In this document: positions 60,046 through 64,000 of the stretch, in pieces
Position numbering within the stretch: the stretch's first letter is position 1
Layout of the letters: each line of letters starts with the position of its first letter
The notes under the pieces: model-generated
What the model was told of the DNA's origin: nothing
Seen by the model: only the letters and a program-made list of their open reading frames with translations
Database searches by the model: none
Program-made: the position numbers and the translations under genes
DNA from: Eledone cirrhosa
Lineage: Eukaryota
Direction of reading: 5' to 3'
Assembly: GCA_964016885.1 (NCBI GenBank)
Contig: OZ024740.1
Span: 344,534,001 to 344,598,000 of the forward strand
DNA: 64,000 nucleotides

Positions 60046-60182
60046 ATTTTCTAAATAATATGTGCTAAAAGTATAAAACAATAGGAAGGATTTACTGGAT
60101 AATGTTGTGCGAGATAAAACTATGTCTGAAGTAGTAGTAGTAGTATTGTTGTATGGACTGGGAATCGAACTCACAACCTCAT

Positions 60183-60427
60183 TGTTGTATGGACTGTTAA
60201 ATTCGTTTTATTCAATTTACACATGCTCACACATTTGCATACGAATCACCTGACCTGGGCAGTCAGTCAGCGTTGGTATTAAAAACTGGGTCACAGACTG
60301 CTGCTGTCACTTAGTTTATGTTATTTTGCTACTGTGAGGAGGGGCGTTTTGGTTGTTTCGTACAATACACAAATTATTTGATGTAACTCGTTGTGTTTTC
60401 TCTGCGAGAACCGAGAGGAATACAACA
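60183..60427 (+). repeat. Probable 5' LTR (245 bp)
   Basis: TGTTGTAT...ATACAACA terminal inverted ends upstream of PBS and gag; 3' LTR is outside the window. Confidence 0.7.
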
Positions 60428-60435
60428 GAGTTTAT

Positions 60436-60455
60436 TGGCGTCGCCGATAGGATTT
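60436..60455 (+). promoter_or_regulatory. Primer-binding site
   Basis: TGGCGTCGCCGATAGGATTT is complementary to a tRNA-like 3' end AAAUCCUAUCGGCGACG-CCA (G discriminator, Ser-like; inference). Confidence 0.65.
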
Positions 60456-60533
60456 ACCCACATTGCCGATAGGATTTACCTACATTGCCGATAGGATTTA
60501 CCTACATTGCCGGGAAATTGTTTATCATAAAAC

Positions 60534-61871
60534 ATGGCGGAACAACAAACAGCGGAGCTAATAAAGTTGTTTAGAGAACAGATGGAACAACAAATGCAAC
60601 AACACAAGAAAGATATGGACACTCTGATAAAACTGTTTGGTGCTCGAGATTCTGAACAACAGAGTTTATTAGCGTCGCCAGTTGCTTCGACACCAACAGC
60701 ATTCATCCCACCATTTGCTGCTTTTGATTCAACAACAGAACTATGGCCTGATTACTGGTCAAGATTTTGCACGTTTGTGGCTACTAACGCTGTACCCGAG
60801 CAACGCATGGCACAAGTGTTCCTGAATAATCAGACGGCTGCTATCTACAAACAACTTGCAAATCTGGCTGCTCAACAAAATCCGCCTAAGGATATCAACA
60901 AGTTGACAATGGACGAAATTGTTGACTTCATGAAAGAACAGTTCGACCCAAAACTTTTCATTGTGAGAGAACGTTTCAAGTTCTGGAGTGACATGCAACG
61001 GAAGCCAGGCGAAACTCTCCAGGAGCTGGCAGCACGTATACGTCGGGATGCAGCTACCTGTGATTTTCCTTCGATCACAAATCCACAAGATGAAGCTCTA
61101 AGACAGAGATTTATATGTTCTGTCAATAATGAAGCTGCGTTGAAGGCTATTTTCAAGATCAAGGATACAGAACTAGATTTCGCCCGTGCTGTCCAAGTTT
61201 CCATCGGGACCGAAGACGCAGCAAAGGTTGCCAAGGAAACTGTTTACGGTTCCAAAACCAAGCAAGTCTACAAGGTCCAGCAGAACAAGAACAAGGGTCC
61301 TCGAAAGAACCATCAGCAGTCTTATTCCACAGACCAGGAGATGTGCTACCGATGTGGAAAGGCCCACAAAGCGACAGACTGCCCCTTCAAAGAAGCCAAA
61401 TGTCATTTTTGTGACAAAAAGGGACATTTGCAAGCGGTGTGTAGAAAGAAACAACATCAGCAACGTAATCATCGCTCACAGAATTACGTGAAAAGAATCA
61501 CGAAAGCTGAGCTAGTCAAGGCGATCCTTGGTGAAGTTCCCCACGATACTCATAGTTTGAATGTGCCAATAACAATCCAGAACAGACTTTTCACAATGGA
61601 ATTGGACACTGCTACTACAGTCAATTTTGTTTCCTTGTCAGTTTGGAAACAATTAGGAAAACCGAAGCTGCAAGATGTCAAACATCGGTTTGAATCTGCC
61701 AGCAAGCACGACCTGCCCGTTCTGGGAACTTTCATGGGCCAAACCAAGGATCCAACGACCGGTAAACGGAATTCAATACCCTACATCGTCACCAAGATCC
61801 CTAATCTTAATTTGCTGGGACGAAACGCTATCCAAACTCTGGGAATTTCCGTGGACAATGCTCTAGGATAG
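60534..61871 (+). CDS. gag: Gag plus aspartic protease
   Basis: 445-aa ORF; knuckles CYRCGKAHKATDC and CHFCDKKGHLQAVC; protease MELDTAT...LLGRN. Confidence 0.85.
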   Translation: MAEQQTAELIKLFREQMEQQMQQHKKDMDTLIKLFGARDSEQQSLLASPVASTPTAFIPPFAAFDSTTELWPDYWSRFCTFVATNAVPEQRMAQVFLNNQTAAIYKQLANLAAQQNPPKDINKLTMDEIVDFMKEQFDPKLFIVRERFKFWSDMQRKPGETLQELAARIRRDAATCDFPSITNPQDEALRQRFICSVNNEAALKAIFKIKDTELDFARAVQVSIGTEDAAKVAKETVYGSKTKQVYKVQQNKNKGPRKNHQQSYSTDQEMCYRCGKAHKATDCPFKEAKCHFCDKKGHLQAVCRKKQHQQRNHRSQNYVKRITKAELVKAILGEVPHDTHSLNVPITIQNRLFTMELDTATTVNFVSLSVWKQLGKPKLQDVKHRFESASKHDLPVLGTFMGQTKDPTTGKRNSIPYIVTKIPNLNLLGRNAIQTLGISVDNALG

Positions 61872-64000
61872 AAAAGCATAGAGAGCCAGACCAAGAGTGA
61901 GAGTGCAGAAGTGATGCATCCAAAGACCTCAAATGAGCCCTATATTTCCATGCAACGAGATTGTCACAACATGTGTGATGAATTCCCAGATCTCTTCAAG
62001 CAAGAATTGGGATGTCTTAATGACTTCGAACTGGAAGTGAAGTTCAAGTCGGAGGCGACACCGGTCTTTCACAAGGCACGCCCGGTCTCGTTTGCTCTTC
62101 GTGATGACCTGGCCAAAGGTTACGAGGAAGGCATCGCCAAAGGAATCTGGAAGCCAGTACAGTACAACGAATACGGAACGCCAGTCGTACCGATTCGTAA
62201 AGCACATACTTCAGGCAACCTGAAGCCCAAACTACGGATTTGTGGTGACTACTCTGTGGGAATTAATGACGAACTTGCAGATCATCGTCATCCAATGCCA
62301 CTCCCAAAGGAACTGATGCAGAAGCTCGGAGGTGGATTCGGATACACAAAGATTGATCTTGCTGATGCCTATAATCAGATCAAGCTGGCTTCAGAAAGTC
62401 AACGCAGGCTTGCACTCAGCACTCACCGTGGGGTGCTCCTGCAGGAACGACTCCCTTTCGGAATCAAGTTAGCACCTGGTTACTTTCAGGAGATCATGGA
62501 AAACCTGACTCAAGATCTACCTGGTGTGGCCGTCTTCCAGGACGACATGCTCGTCAGTGGGAAAGATGCAAACGATCACCTGAACAACCTAAAGTGTCTG
62601 CTCACACGTCTGTGCGACAAAGGACTCAGATGTCGCCGTGACAAGTGCCAGTTTTCACTACCCAGTGTGGAATACCTTGGACACACCTTGTCGGCTGAAG
62701 GGATCGCGAAGGGATCCAAGGTCGAAGCAGTTTTAAAGATGCCACCTCCAACGAACGTCTCAAGCTTGAAGTCTTTCCTGGGTTCAGTTCAGTTCTATGG
62801 TTCAGCCACTCTATTACCTTACGAAAAAAACAACTACTTGGAAGTGGGGAGATGAAGAACAGTCAGCTTTCGATCAGTCGAAAAATGTGCTTTCATCGGA
62901 TCGAGTTCTGATACACTTCGATCCAAACAAAATTTGGGACTGGCTTGCGACGCGTCAAACGTTGGTATTGGAGCAGTCCTGTTTCATCGCTATCCTGATG
63001 GAAGCGAGCGCCCAATATCCAATGTGTCTAAGACTCTTACTTCTGCACAGCGTAACTACGGCCAAATTCAAAAGGAAGCCCTGGCCATCATATTTGGCTT
63101 GCAGAAGTTCTATCAGTATCTGTACGGACATCAGTTTATACTCGTAACTGACCACAAGCCACTGACATCACTGTTCAGTCCGAGGAAAGGGACGCCACTT
63201 CTCGCTGCTAAACCGACAAGCACGGTGGGCCCTGTGGCTGAACCAGTTTGACTACACCATCGAATATCGGAAAACAGCGGATCATGGCAATGCAGATGCC
63301 CTCAGTCGCTTGCCATTTGGTAATGACATCGACTTTGACAGGAAGGAAAATGGTGAAGACATGGACATGGTGTGCGCCATCAAAGCTCTCGGTCTTCAAG
63401 TCCAACCTATCGATGCTTACGTCCTCCGTCAAGAGTCATGGACAGATCCAGTGATATCTACAGTAATACGCTACGTCCGTGAAGGCAGGCCACCAAAGAA
63501 TACTGAGATCAATGACGAAGTCAATAAGTTCCGGAAGTTATCGGATTCACTCAGTATCTGCCACGGATGCCTTATCCATGGATCGAGAGTTGTGATTCCA
63601 CATAGCTTACAGCCAAAGATTCTCAATCTTCTGCATCTCGGACACTTTGGCATGGAGCGCATGAAACAATTGGCAAGAACTGCTGTTTATTGGCCTGGTA
63701 TCGATGCTGCTATAGAGAAAACCAGTCGACAATGTGATTCGTGTGGTGAACATCAAAACCAGCCATCCAAGTCTCCAGTTCACCCATAGATGTTACCTGA
63801 AAAGCCGTGGAGCCGCTTACACCTGGACCACGCAATAAATTTCATGGGCAGTAATTGGTTGGTGATCACGGATGCTTATTCCAAGTATCCATGCATTCAT
63901 CCTACGTCATCCATATCCTCCAGAGCCACTTTAGATCTGCTTGAAGAAGACTTTGCGCACTTCGGATTTCCTCGCACGCTAGTCACCGATAACGCACCAA
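61872..64000 (+). pseudogene. pol: Pol (RT, RNase H, integrase) with frameshifts and a stop
   Basis: RICGDY, KIDLADAY, LPFG, FQDDML; LACDAS, EALAI, TDHKPL; HLGH..CDSC and HLDHA; frameshifts near 62800, 62935 and 63215; stop at 63787. Confidence 0.9.

Larger units (their letters stand above)
60183..64000 (+). mobile_element. Ty3/gypsy LTR retrotransposon (Mag-like), cut by the window edge
   Basis: LTR-PBS-gag-PR-RT-RH-IN order; two zinc knuckles. Confidence 0.93.

Noticed and set aside
60759-62207. Antisense ORFs over gag/pol
   Set aside because: Shadow ORFs of the coding strand with no motifs.

Overview
AT-rich eukaryotic (metazoan) non-coding DNA, dense in (TA)n/(CA)n/(GA)n and trinucleotide microsatellites. 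The repeat families resemble those I recall from octopus/cephalopod genomes (inference, not verified). I recognise no intact host gene, and most listed ORFs are microsatellite artefacts. The window is a patchwork of mobile-element remains: a tRNA-derived SINE family (about 15 copies, target-site duplications starting ATTAT), a deleted Helitron with both ends (6765-8789), at least 8 Penelope-like element (PLE) remnants mostly embedded in (TA)n tracts, RTE and L1/Tx1 LINE fragments, a Tc1/mariner relic, and a decayed Ty3/gypsy LTR element running off the right edge. The most notable signal is RNA-level: more than 10 type I hammerhead ribozyme (HHR) motifs. These include a 319-bp tandem-plus-inverted repeat array whose HHR has a compensatory U3-A8 core (retrozyme/pLTR-like), a perfect 156-bp palindrome with an HHR on each arm, and two dispersed families with hammerhead topology but a non-canonical C(U/A)GAAA(U/A)(A/C) core. 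All folds were paired by eye; none was computed or tested.
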